Shown one piece after another: positions 50,050 to 63,699 of a stretch of DNA of 64,000 nt; position 1 is the first letter of the stretch; each line of letters starts with the position of its first letter. Source of the stretch: Chiloscyllium plagiosum (taxonomy: Eukaryota). The translations under genes and the position numbers were made by a program. The stretch lies in contig NC_057718.1 in the NCBI RefSeq assembly GCF_004010195.1, positions 79,664,514 through 79,728,513 of the forward strand. Direction: 5' to 3'. Under the pieces are notes generated by a model, which saw only the letters and a program-made list of their open reading frames with translations, did no database searches and was not told where the DNA came from.

Positions 50050-53000
50050 TTAGGAAGACTGAGAGAAATAAAGTAGGAAATTATAGGCCTATCAATCTAA
50101 TATTTATTTTGGGGTAAGTTATTAAAATCGTACAAGGGACAGGGACTGAGCTCTTGGACAACCATGAAATGAGCTGAGGGAGTCAGCATGGATTTGTAAA
50201 GTGAAAGTCAAGTCTAACAATCCCAACTGAAATTTGTAAGGCGGTAACTAATGTGATAGATAAAGGAATGCATATGACCATTACTTGTATAGACTTCCAG
50301 AGGCATTCTATAGGGATTCATATTAAAAACTGTGAATAAAAATGACAGCATGTGGAATTAAAAATCATCTGCTCAAATGGGTAGGGAATTGGTTTCAAGA
50401 TAGAAGACAGAATGGGATAAAGGATATGTACTCAGATTATCACAAGGTGACTAGTGCATCTCCAGGGATTCAACTCGAGTCTGCATTTATTGCAGATGAA
50501 GAATAGGGAGTTATACATTCAAATTTGCTGGTGACATTGCAAAAGGAACACTGGTAGACTAGATGAGTAGGAAAGACTGTTACAGACATAGTTGTGTGGG
50601 TAAATATGAGGCCATCAACCTTCTTTTCGAAAAAAGAGATCAGATTACTTTGTAAATGCTGAGAAGCTCAGGGAAGTGATGGCAGTGTAGTTTTGTCCTT
50701 GGACTTGTACTCCAGAACACCAGGTCTAATGATCTGAGTTCAAATCTCACAATAACATATTTGAATTCGATAAATATCTGGAATTAAAGAGGTGACAATT
50801 TCAATTGTCAAGAAAAATCCATCGAGTTTAAAAATATAGAATGTAGCACAGCACAGGCCCTTTGGCCCTTGATGTTGTGCTGGCCTTTTATCCTACTTTA
50901 AGATCAAAGTAACCTGCATACTCTTCATTTTACTACCATCCATTTGCTTACCCAAGAGTCGCTTAAATGTCCCTAATGTATCTGAGTCTACTACCACCAC
51001 TGGCAGTGCATTCCATGCACCCACCATTATCTGCATAAACAATGCACCTCTGACATCTCCCCTAAACCTTCCTCCAATCATCTTAAAATTATGCCTTCTT
51101 AAAATTCAGCCCTGGGGAAAAAGTCTCTGACTATTCACTTTATCTATGCCTCTCATCATCTTGTACAACTCTACCAAGTCACCTTTCACCCTTCTTTGCT
51201 CCTGGTAATTCTCTGCACCCTCTCTAAAGCTTCCACATCTTTCCTGTAATGAGGTGACCAGAACTGAACACAATATTCCAAGTGTAGTCTAATCAGGCTC
51301 GATAGAGCTGCAGCATAACCTCACAGCTCTTAAACTCAATCCTCCTGCTGATGAAAACTAACACACCATATGCCTTAATAACCCTATCAACTTGGGTGGC
51401 AACTTTGAGGGATCTATGGACATGGACCCCAAGATCCCTCTGTTCCTCCACACTGCAAAGAACGCTGCCTTTAACCCTGTATGCTGCATTCAAATTCGAC
51501 CTTTCCAAATGAATCACTTCACGTTTTTCCAGTTTGAACTCCAACTGCCACTTAGCAGTGCAGATCTGAGCCTGTCGATGTCCTGTTGTAACCTACAACA
51601 GCCCTCCACACTGTCCACCACTCTACCAACCTTCATGTCATCAGCAAACTTACTAACCCACCTTTCCACTTCCTTATCCAAGTCATTTATAAAAATCAAA
51701 AGAGCAGAGGTCTCAGAATGGAGTTTTTTGAAGAAGTAACAAAGAAGATTGATGAGGGCAGAGCAGTAGATGTGATCTATATGGACTTCAGTAAGGCGGT
51801 CGACAAGGTCCCCCATGGGAGACTGATTAGCAAGGTTANNNNNNNNNNNNNNNNNNNNNNNNNNNNNNNNNNNNNNNNNNNNNNNNNNNNNNNNNNNNNN
51901 NNNNNNNNNNNNNNNNNNNNNNNNNNNNNNNNNNNNNNNNNNNNNNNNNNNNNNNNNNNNNNNNNNNNNNNNNNNNNNNNNNNNNNNNNNNNNNNNNNNN
52001 NNNNNNNNNNNNNNNNNNNNNNNNNNNNNNNNNNNNNNNNNNNNNNNNNNNNNNNNNNNNNNNNNNNNNNNNNNNNNNNNNNNNNNNNNNNNNNNNNNNN
52101 NNNNNNNNNNNNNNNNNNNNNNNNNNNNNNNNNNNNNNNNNNNNNNNNNNNNNNNNNNNNNNNNNNNNNNNNNNNNNNNNNNNNNNNNNNNNNNNNNNNN
52201 NNNNNNNNNNNNNNNNNNNNNNNNNNNNNNNNNNNNNNNNNNNNNNNNNNNNNNNNNNNNNNNNNNNNNNNNNNNNNNNNNNNNNNNNNNNNNNNNNNNN
52301 NNNNNNNNNNNNNNNNNNNNNNNNGTGAGAGGGGAAAGATATAAAAGAGACCTAAGGGGCAACTTTTTCATGCAGAGGGTCGTACGTGTATGGAATGGGC
52401 TTCCAGAGGATGTGGTGGAGGCTGGTACAATTGCAACATTTAAGAGGCATTTGGATGGGTATATGAATAGGAAGGGTTTGGAGGGATATGGGCCGGATGC
52501 AGGCGGGTGGGAATAGATTGGGTTGGGATATCTGGTCGGCATGGACGGGTTGGACCGAAGGGTCTGTTTCCATGCTGTACATCTCTATGACTCTATAACA
52601 GACTCCTGCATAACACGACTGGTCACCGAACTCCAGGCTGAATACTTTCCATCTACCACAACTCTCTGTCTTCTGTGAGGCAGCCAATTCTGTATCTAGA
52701 CAGCCAAATTTCTCTGTATCCCATGCCCCCTTACTTACTGAATAAGCCTACCAGGGGAACCTCATCAAACACTTTGCTAAAATCCATGTATGCCACATCT
52801 ACTGCTCTACCTTCATCAATGTGTTTTTTCACATCCTCAAAGAATTCAATAAGACTTGTGAGGCATGACTTGCCCCTCATGAAGCCATGCTGACTATCAC
52901 TAACCAAATAATTGGAAATCCTGTCTCTCAGAATCCTCTCCAATAATTTGCCCACCACAAACGTAAGACTGGTCTGTAATTCCCAGGATTATCTCTATTC

Positions 53001-54070
53001 CCTTTCTTGAACAATAGAATAACATTTGCCACTCCCCAGTCATCTGGCACTACTCCAGTGGACAGTGAGGATGCAATAATCATCGCCAAAGGTGCAGCGA
53101 TCTCTTCCTTTGTTTCCTGTAGTAACTTTGGGTAGATCCTATCTGGCCCAAGGAACTTAACTAGCCCTATGTTTTGCAAAGTTTTCAGCACACCCTCCTT
53201 AACATCAACCTGTTCAAGCATATCAGTCTGTTTCATGCTGTCCTCACAAACAACAAAGTCCCTTTCAGTAGTGAATACTGAAGCAAAGTAAACATTAAGG
53301 ATCTCTCCTACCTTCTCTGACTCCAGGCACAAGTTCCCTCTACAATCCCTGATCGGCCCTATCCTCACTCTGACCATCCTCTTGTTCCTCACAAATATCC
53401 TTTTAGAAAGGAAATCTGTCATCATTACCTGGCCTAGCCAATATGTGATTTCAGACCACATAATGATGTGGTTGACTCTTAACTGCTGGGCAGGTAGGGA
53501 TGTCAGTTACACCCACAATCCATGAATTAATAAAACAAAACTCTGCAGCAGCAGAGGAATTTAGGTGCTCAAGTACTGAAATCACTAAAAGATATTGGAC
53601 ATGTACAAATCAAAAAAGCAATTTCTAATAAAATGTTGGTATTTATCTCAACAGGGTTGTTGGATCCTGTACAAAGCATTAAGTCTGGTAACCACACTTT
53701 GGGAAGGATATATTGGTCTCAGAGGGAGTGCAGCTCAGATTCATCAAAATTATATTGGGCTAAATGAATTTATGAGGTTAACAGATTGCATAGATCAGGC
53801 TTGTAATCATTTTAATAGAGAAGATTAAGAAGTGATTTAATTGAGGTTTTTATAATAATTAACGGATTTGAAGGAGATGACAAAAACGTCTGGTGGGATC
53901 ATTTAGAACAGGGGAGCATATTTTGTAAATTACAGTGAGGCTATCCAGAAAAGATGTTAGGAAGTACTTCTTCCTAGGGGAAAGTATTGAGAGTTACAGA
54001 ACCGAGACGAAGTATGAATTACTATCTAAATTTGGTTGGCAGGTTCGAACAGTTGAATAGCCTATTTCTC
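50050..54070. mobile_element. Nested cluster: old plus-strand CR1 (50050-50660, 53540-54070) > SINE (50680-50830, 53400-53535) > minus-strand CR1 (50835-51717, 52598-53395) > young plus-strand CR1 (51718-52597)
   Basis: ORFs SKFADDMKVG (minus), GNYRPV (minus), EFFEEVTKKIDEGRAVDVIYMDFSKA (plus) and [14 protein letters not shown] (plus). The split elements resume collinearly. Confidence 0.82.
51839..52324. other. Assembly gap (N run)
   Basis: Run of n. Confidence 1.
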
Positions 54071-57000
54071 TCTCCTCGTTTCTGGGTTTTTAGTCTTTGG
54101 ACTATTCCTTTGCACTTCATTGAATCTTCTGTGATGCATTAGTGGTACTGATAGGCTAAAGAGCATTGTGTGTTGGATTTAAAATGGAATGAAAAAAATA
54201 CCGCTCACCCCTTTTGAACCAGCATAATCATGGTCTCCGGTATTAAATAGCTTTGTTGGCAGTTCAGATGAAATGACAAACTACCATGTCCATCTTTCAT
54301 ATTAACCCTCAAAATAATCTAAATACGATTCTAGAATAGAATTTACGGACTCTCAAAAATTGATCAAATTTGAATTAAAACAAAACTTCCCTTGTTTTGA
54401 TGCCGTGTCGAGAACGTAAAGGAAAACTGTCTCATGTCCATTAACAGCTGTTTACACAAACTAACATCCTTGAATAACGCAAAATAAAAAAAATGCTCAG
54501 ACTAAATGGTTTTACTTGCTGTTAAAATCTCTGATATGGGCTTTTAAAAATTAAAGTAATAAGAAAAATACCTCGTATTAAAACATAATGCCAATGTCAA
54601 AGCTATTGGGATACTGTCTGCTTAAAACTGCTATTTACTGTTATTGTTCAGGACAATTCGTTTTTATGAAATAAAATTTTCATCACTGCACTCTGTCATT
54701 TAGCAAAAGTATGAATTGCTTGTTGCAAAAAACATTCAAGTTGTGTTAGAGAATTCGGTTTTTATCTAATTTTGAAAATTGAGTATCAGGGAGAAAGCAG
54801 GGGAAGAAAAAGCCACTGTTTCAAATGCGCATCGGCTGACTGGATGAGTTAAGAGGGTCTGAACCCCTGATTCATTTTAAATTTACCATATCCCAGCAGA
54901 ACAACAAGTTGTATTAAAGCCTGACAAAGCAGGCGATTCCTGAAACCCTTTTCAGGCAGCTTACTAAACAGTGCATCACTCAAACCGAAGGACTGAAGTC
55001 ACGCTTTGTGCTTCAGTCTTGGGGGCGCAATTATAGCGTGGAACTCTGCTGAAAGAATCAATTTTTTTACCGCCGCTGGCTGCTGCCATGGATATTGTGC
55101 TGCTTGCGCCAACTGTCACTAAGTCATGAAAGGGAGCGTTTCCTATTCACACGCAGCGTAAGGCAATTCAGCTATCGCTGAAACACAGAAAACAATGTCC
55201 CCTTTTATCCAGAGCACAGAAGCAGTGAGCAAACAGAATGTTCTGGGAAATGGCAAGTGGCCATGCATTTGAAAGGCTTACAAAAAAAACCTGCCAAACT
55301 AAATCTTCACATGGATTAAACTTCATTCAGTTTCCAATCAAGACTTGCTGGTTATTTTGCTATAGTAACATATATTTATATTCTTTCACAGACCTTTTAT
55401 TTATAGATGCACTGTCTCTTAATAAACTGATGGGGGCGCACTGAACACGCGAATTATGGCAATCTGCCTCCTGTTCATTAAGGCTTAGTTTAGATAATCA
55501 TGCCAGGCTATTGACAATATCATAAACAGAGAAGATAGGATATTCCCCTCCAGCTGTCCGTAAAATAAATCACAATATCACTTCCAGTGTAATCACATGG
55601 GGTAACATCACTTATGAATGTGATGCACAAAAATTGTCCATTTGAAGTCCTCATTTAAATATATAAAGGTCTGAAATTGCTATAATTCCACATATTATAA
55701 AGAGTGATATGATCCAGAAGTATAACTCAGCTTGCGGTTGAGATACTTCCATCAACATGAGTGCTTGGCTGCCAGCTTTACATGATCTCAATCACTTCAT
55801 ATATTACAGAGTTCTGACAGATATACAATAGCCCAACAATTTCTTAATAGTGATTTTCTTAACTAATTTATGATTGCCAAGGTGAGGACTATTACAGCTG
55901 GGATATCTGCATTGTCAGATCAAATATGACAAAGTTGAATGTGCAGTTGAACTCTGCATATCCTTCTCCAACAATGTGCTTCAGTCCAACCTTGAAACAG
56001 CACTTCTAACTTTAGTCAGTGAGCATTTTCCATTTCCCACTTCTCACATTTTCTTCTTTGATAGTCTTTCTGAGCTTTGTTGTTTGTCACCTTCTCACAT
56101 CCTTACAGGGCTGATTAACAATCTGACATGGTATGAACACTCCTATGGTCATAACCATCTTTATACCAGCTAACCAGGTGGTTAGAGAATGAAACTGACT
56201 AAGCTAACTGACTAGGTTAGTCCTTGTCAGTGGAAGAGGTCCCACTATATTCCAGTAAGCAGGTGCTAGCCACATCCAACAGACACATGTAGTTGGCTGA
56301 ATGCCAAGATGTGAATAAAATATATAATTTGATTTGCTTTAATGATCTGCTTTCTTTATACAAAAATGAAAATTAATTTTCAGATCATTTGGTGGTAGCT
56401 CGTGGCATTTTCCATTGTTCTTTTCTAATTTGTGAAGAGGCACAAGTTAACTTTAATATCTATTTTGCAGAATATAGTCTCCAGAAAATTATTAGAAATG
56501 CGTATGGAGAATGAACCTCAGACTAAATGTTAGATTCTAAACCAGATTCCTGTCTCAAACATGCACTTCTGCTCTGTTGATGAGTACACTCCAGCTCCTA
56601 ACAGGAGCAAAATTGATGAAAAACATACATAAAGTTGTCTCGATATAAGGGCTGAAAAAAGTCATTTTTACCAGTACACTAAAAAATCACCTGTGGTTGG
56701 AAATGGTCTTGTGGAAAATATAAACTGTTATAGGAGTGGTACATAACATTCTTGTGGATTGCCAGTTAAAAATTATATACCAGCTTAAGAAAGCATACTG
56801 CTATCTGAAAATTCAGCAGTGAGGGCACTATGCAACCAAAAATATTTTGTTTGTGTCAGATCATAAAAACCTTACTGCACTCATTAGTGCATGACAGTAA
56901 AATCAAACTGGACATATCCAGGGATGGTGATGTTGGATCTGGGATATTGTATGCTTCCATTATGTCAGACAGTTGCATGACAAACCTGTGAGACAACTCT

Positions 57001-57715
57001 CCCCATTTTGACACTAGCCCCCATGTGTTAGGAAGGAGTTGTTTCTGCCTCTGTTTTCCAGCACCTAGTTTGATGCCAGGTGGTCTGTCTGCTTTCATTT
57101 CTTCCTTGACACTTTGTAGTGATTGATACAATTGAGTGGCTTGCTAGGCCATTTCAGAAGGCAGTTGAGAGTTAACCACATTGCTGTGGGCCAGGATGCA
57201 CATGAAGGCCAGACCAGCTTAGAATGATATATTTCATTCTCTAAAGGACATTAGTCAGCTATATGAGTTTGCTTTAAAATTGAAAATGGTTTCATTGTCA
57301 TCAGTAGATTTTTAAATTCAGATTTTTAAAATTGAATTCAAATTCCACCATTCCAGTATTCTGTTTCCAATTCCCACAATTAAGTCCCCCAGCTTACCTC
57401 CTGCAGTAATGGTCCCTGATTCTACTCCCTTGACTGTTAGACCTCAACAGATCATGGCCAATAACTTAACCAACTTAGCCAAACAGCCTCAATAATAACT
57501 GATCAGACCCTGGACTGTACAGATTACTGATTATCATTCTGCTAATTCATGAAGTGGTCACATTGGACCCAGAGACCTGACAGTAAACCACTCCCTGGAC
57601 TGCAGAGGAACAAACCCCTGACTGTAAACACCCCAAATGGCTAGTTGATTACACACAAGTCCCCAGACAGATATTGGAAGCTAGATTTGCTATTTTGGTC
57701 CCTCCTGGCTGAAGG

Positions 57716-57796
57716 TGCCAGCCTGGACTTGACTGTAGGCTACTCACCTTAAACATGCCAGCCTGGACTTGACTGTAGGATACTCACCTTAAACAT
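57716..57796 (+). repeat. 40-bp tandem duplication
   Basis: tgccagcctggacttgactgtagg(c/a)tactcaccttaaaca occurs twice. Confidence 0.95.
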
Positions 57797-58422
57797 TTGA
57801 GAAACGTTTGTTTGCTTGAAGCATGTGCCTTTTTTTGTTGTTTCCATGGCTGGCACATAGTGCAGGTTAACGCTGACATGGCACAGTGTCATACAGCAAC
57901 CTACTCACTATTTGACTGATTACTGCTGACAACATGACAAGCAGCCTAGTTTTGTAACTGCACTAAATGGCAAGTCAGGATAGAAGTACAGTGAGGCTTT
58001 GAGCTCTAACTGAGGGGGTAATGCGCACAAAAGCAAGGCAGGTACAAGATGCTATGAGAATTGAAATAGGCACAATATAAGTTGGCACTAAGTGAGCAAG
58101 CAAAGATCTCTGAGATACAGCCTAGCCAAATCCATGAGATTGGTCCCTGACCCTTGATATAAAATGTCCTTGCCAGCAGTATTGCAGTGAGAGAAATCAG
58201 CGTGCTCCAAAGTACTGCTCTTGCAATTCTGTAAGTAGACTGGAGCTGTGCCATGATGATGTAGTGAGGTTGGCATGTGGCTGATGCCAATGTCCATCGA
58301 TATGGGGTTTATGCTGTCACACGCCTAAGTTTTATCCAGTTGTGGGAGAACATGAAATTTCATTTTAATAAGAAAAAAGTAGGTAGTAATGACGGTGATA
58401 ATGAGTGATAATCCACGCAAAT

Positions 58423-58756
58423 AGGACAGCACAGTGGCTAGCACTACTGCCTCACAGCGTCGGGGACTCGGGTTCGATTCCAGGCTCGGGTGACTGTCTG
58501 TATGAAGTTTGCACATTCTCCCAATGTCTGTGTGGGTTTCCTCCAATTGTTCTGGTTTCCTCCCACAATACAAAGATGTGCAGGTTATGTGGATTGGTCA
58601 TACTAAATTGCGCATAGCATCTAGGGATATGCAGGTTAGGTGAATTAGCCATGGGAAATGCAGGGTTATTGGAATAGGGGTGGGTCAGGGTGGGTCTGGG
58701 TAGGATGCTCTTTGGAAGGTGGTGGATGGGTCCACATGTAGGGATTCTATGATTCA
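58423..58756 (+). mobile_element. HE1-like V-SINE
   Basis: Head cagtggctagcactactgcctcacagcg...ggttcgattcc, V-domain, and tail gattctatgattc. Confidence 0.88.
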
Positions 58757-59949
58757 AATAGACTTCTCACTAGCAAAAATTTCATCTTGTTGACTCACAC
58801 TTGGTTAGACAATGGGACTTTACGATCTTGACATTGGGAAGGTCCTCATCAGATATCTCACCTGATTTTCACAAATTTCTCAAACTGGCCCACATCATTT
58901 AAGGGATGGGCACATTCTACTCAGGGCAGTTTTTGGGATTTTCCTATGTGCCACTTTTCTACATTACAACAGAGACTACATCTAAAATGTACTTCATTGG
59001 CTGAAAGCTCTTTGAGATGTCCTGTGGTTGTATAAGTTGCTATATAAAGGAAAATATTCCCTCTTTAGGGATTTTACTCCAGAACATGTCTGTAATAACA
59101 GATTAATGGAGTGAATTGGAAAACACATTGCAAATGAGAAATTACAAATGAAAAAGTTCAATTACAATCAAACTAGTTCCTTTCAAATTTCACTCATTTC
59201 TAGATATCATGCCTTGATCTCATATTATTGCTTTGTATGTTAATTAGACGTCTCATCAGTTCATTCAATAAGTGTACAAAAATTATAACCAACATCGGCA
59301 TTTTTAAAAATTTGGCTTTTAAAATCACTATTTTTGTTTAAACAGCAGTGAACTGACCACTGTTTTAATTGAAATTGCTGACAATGTAAGGGACCTGAAT
59401 TAATGACAACATTCCTGAAGTATTCTGAGCTAATAGCACTATGTTGCAGTGAGAATTGATCTCTCAGTCTGTTGATCTCAGCTTTACTTCTTTGCCATTT
59501 CACAACTCCCCCATGGAGCCATCAGCACTCATGGTGCTAATCACCATAGTAAATCACCATTTTAACTACCTGAACATTGACAATTGAGTATTATTGGGTA
59601 ACTTGTCAACACAGAGCCTCCCAAATGAGCCTGCTGATCGTTCTTCATGGTAGAACTTCTCAGAATTAATGGAGTATTAGGTTGGTCCCTGCATGGAGAT
59701 CGTGATCGGGAACACAAAAATGTATTCTCGTTTCCGAAGCTAGAAAACCGAAGCCAAATTAATAAACTGTTCTATGGCTGAGATCAAATAACACTGCAGA
59801 CAAGAGAAATCAAATTGAAGATCTGACTTGTAGAAGTCGATACTATAATATGATGGACTATTTCTCTGATGATGATGGTATTTTGAAAGCTACAAAAGTT
59901 ACTTTAGTAACCAACCACAATTGAACAAAGCCTAGCCTCGAGGTTTTTC

Positions 59950-60570
59950 CAGAGATTAATTAGCATGTAATCATAAAATCATTCTGAAGGGGACACTGCT
60001 ATTTGTCCATTACAAGAAGTAATTCTAATGCTTAAGAATTATTGGTTACATATGCTAATCAGAAAGAATAGTATAAATGGTTGGATTATGGGTTTGCAGT
60101 GTTACAGCCATCATAACATTAATAACTGCAAAAATGTTCAACTGATCAGAATGATAACAGACTCTACAGGGTTAAATTATGAGATCAGTTTGTATTAATT
60201 TAAACTGCATCATTTTGCTTATAGAAGATCAATAATTGATCTGAATGAAATGTTCTTGTTGACATGATAAAAGAATTTTATAGAATGCATACAAGTAAAT
60301 GACTTCCTGAGTTGAAATGAAGAAGAAAATGATATAATAAAATTAGAATTCAACGCTTTGAGTTAAAGTTAAAACTATTTAACAGAACAGTTAGTAGAAT
60401 CTGGAACTGTTGCTCCCAAAGATTGTAAATATGGAATCTATTGGAGCTTTCAAGGCTGAGATTGATGGATTTTTGTCAGATAATGGTATCAAAAGGAATG
60501 GAGCACAGACAGGAAAATGGAGATGATGATCTAGTTGAATGGCAGAAGTATAGTGGTCTACCCTTGTTCC
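59950..60570 (+). mobile_element. Highly decayed CR1 3' end
   Basis: Remnants such as ttcaaggctgagattgatggatttttg and gatctagttgaatggcag. Confidence 0.5.
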
Positions 60571-61642
60571 CAAGATTACTAAGTTCTGATCGAAGGAAAT
60601 CTTTTTTCCCCTTCCTTAACCTTTCTAAAAGAAGTCAGGAAGTGGAGATTGACTTCTCTGGAATGGAATATATTTAACACCCAGCATATATACCAATTAT
60701 ACATGTCTTTCATTGACAGTCAATGATCCATAGTTATGCTTCTCTGCATTTGTAGATGACAACAGTGAAATTTAAATTTCCTCTGCTTCAGTGAGATCCT
60801 CCTGTGACCCATTACAACTCAACTATAAATGATCTTGCTGGACCTGCTGATTCAGCACTCTCTACCACTTCCATTTCCCATTTTATGCTTGACACCAAGA
60901 AGTGATGAGAGTGGAAGCAGTCTGTGTATCTGTACTGTAGAGATAGCCATTTTATTCCCTAATTTTACACTGGATTTTATTAAATAATAATAAAAAAGCT
61001 TAATTGATAGCACGGGCCTAAGGAACATGTTGGAATTCCTGACCATAAACAACTTTAAATGATTGGTAATTCCTACCTCCAGAAAATGATGAACATACTG
61101 CTGCCCAGTCCATCTAAAATGGGCAGGGAATAGTGACAACCCAGATGGGAAAACCAGCAAAAAATAAACAGTAATACTGGAAATGAATAAAGCAGTCATA
61201 CTGGACCTCCATTTTGAAGTACAAAAGGCAAGTTGGACCAGAATGTATTATTTCTCAGTATTACTGTTTTGTTTCTTTCTGGGATGGTGGACACACTGTC
61301 TAGCCTATCCATTAGAGTCAAGGTTTGGTTGGTGTTTAGCCTACAATGTCAATAGCGGAATGAAAATGACACGTATACTTGCGAACCTCATGAATAATTG
61401 GCAGAGCATATATGTGCACTTTCCACTATGTCCATAATGAACATAAAATGGTTGCAATGCTCTGTAAGCAAGATTCCCCACTGCCTGCATGGACTCAGAA
61501 ACTGTTGTCTTATTGCATGTATTATAGCTTAAGCCTGTGTCTAATTACATTTTCAGTGTTACTACATGTTACATACTTGCATTTAGGTTGGTTAATAACA
61601 GTCAGTTTTACTTAAGATGTTGATCAGCTTGAGCTGATTTTT

Positions 61643-61802
61643 AAAAACCAAAAGAATTACGGACGCTGTAAATCAGAATGAGAAACAGAAATTGCTGAAT
61701 TTCTGAGAAAGGGTCGCTGGACTCGAAACGTTAATTCTGATTTCTCTTCACAGATGTTCCCAGACCTGCTGAGCTTTCCCAGCACCTTCTTTTTTTTGTT
61801 TT
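61643..61802 (+). mobile_element. PLE terminus with an inverted piece and a degenerate hammerhead
   Basis: ctgagaaagggtcgctggactcGAAAcgtta; homologous to 8590-8715. Confidence 0.7.
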
Positions 61803-62012
61803 TGAACTTATTTTTAGTTGGCAGTACAAGTCAGAGATGGACTAGAGAGATTAAGTTGCTTCTTTCTCACAGTTACAGTTATTGATGAACACCCTCCTAT
61901 TGTTTTCTTCTAACATGTGTGAATAAGCAAGCGTCTTTTATTGCAAAAGAGCCATTTCCACTCTGAATCCATCAGAATTTCTCAGTTAAGTTTGTTTCAC
62001 ATTAGTTACTTG

Positions 62013-62224
62013 GAGAAAGTGAAGACTGCAGATGCTGGAGAGTCAGTGTCGAAAAGTGTGGTGCTGGAAAAACACAGCAGATCAAGCAGCATCCGAGGAG
62101 CAGGAGAGTCGACGTCTTGCGCATAAGACCTTCCTGATGAAGGTCTTATGCTCTAAATGTCGACTCTCTTATTCCTCAGATGTTGCCTGACCTGTTAGGC
62201 TTTTCCAGTGCCAAACATTTTGAC
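62013..62224 (-). mobile_element. PLE-derived hairpin mini-element (family B-like)
   Basis: The 16-bp TSD tcacatt(a/g)gttacttg lies at 61997-62012 and 62225-62240. The arms fold around gaccttc-ctgat-gaaggtc, with a ~35-nt tail. Confidence 0.85.
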
Positions 62225-63699
62225 TCACATTGGTTACTTGTCAACCTAACTTGATTGTTGGAAAGAATGTCAACATTAGTCTTTGGTGTGGAGTGACAGA
62301 CCAGCAGCATAAACTGGAAAAAAAACTTGAACTTATTTATGCTAGGTTATCAATAAGGTTTATTGACAGTTGAACAAAATGGCTTCATGTTCAAATCCTG
62401 TAAAATGCATATCATATCCAAGAACTCAATTTTGCACAAACTGCAGCTAGCCCATCAACATTTTTAATATCTTCCTATGTCCATGTAGCTGCCTGAGTGG
62501 ATCATGCAAACACTTACCCCTTAATCCTAACATTTAAACTTGTACTTCTTGAAAGTTGGGAGCTCACATTGATTAAGTTTCAATGATGAATAATAACTTT
62601 CAGATGGATGGCTAGTGTCATAGCTATCATGAACTTTAATTGTGCATTTGCATTCTTTCAATGTTATTAAATTAATAAACACAACCAAAGACCCTGCATC
62701 CTACTCTGGAAACAAAGTTATAAAATTACAGGATAAATTAAAAAATCATTCATTTCTCAAATTAAATTCAATTCCAATACAGATGGGTTTCAAGGCTCTC
62801 AATGAAGTGAGGCATACTTAAACAGTATGCATCTAAATTGTGTTGTGTACAGCTTGATGAGCACCACTTGGCAAAGAATTATGATGCCAGTGGAATTGTG
62901 CTCGGGAATCGTGAATTGTTTTTATTGGACTTAGTAGCTACAAATCCTGTGACTCTAAACTGAGTCCAGAGTATGCTCTGAGACTGGAAATTAGGCAGAT
63001 GCCTGTAGAAACCTCACTGTTCAGCACACTGCTCCAAAGGAATTCAAAAGGGTTCCAACTGAGCTTATGTCTCATCCCCTGGAGTCCCAGGCATTTAGTG
63101 GCTGGAAACTACACAGAATCATTTGGCAATATGAACTGGATATCAGTTCTCACTATTTACCCTGACATAAATCTTCTAGTCCTGTCCCAAGACTTGCATG
63201 TTATTGGCAGGTTTATAAGAAAAGTAAATAAATCAGACAACTACTTTAAAATTAATTAGCTTGACTTTTATAATTACAGTAAACAAAACTCCTCCCAGCA
63301 TTGTATTTCTGTTAGTTTCTTTAGATCTCACATTTTAATATTCGAGTGTCTAGCTGGCCCAATATTCAATTTTTCCAATGGTAAAGGGCCCATCAAGAGC
63401 AGAAATTTCAGCTTTAGAGACTGCCTTTGAAAGTTCAAATGAAAAATGATTGGTAAAGGGGTACTTTCTGTTTGATTGGCATATTATACAAATGAATCAG
63501 AGCAATCTAAAGATATACAATGAAGTTTACAAATCCTTCAAGTTAACTGATCCTGCTTAATTCAAGACTACATCAAGGAAAGATGCAAATCTTTTTGCAT
63601 CATGTTTATGGAATGTTGTTATTTGGAAATCCAGACCTGGGATTGACCTCCCTCTGTACAAAACATTGCATCTTAAAATTGGTTGTGATTTTAAACAGA

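Noticed and set aside
51514..52542. Long ORFs of 342 and 208 aa, and those at 20707-21115
   Set aside because: Their length comes from N runs.
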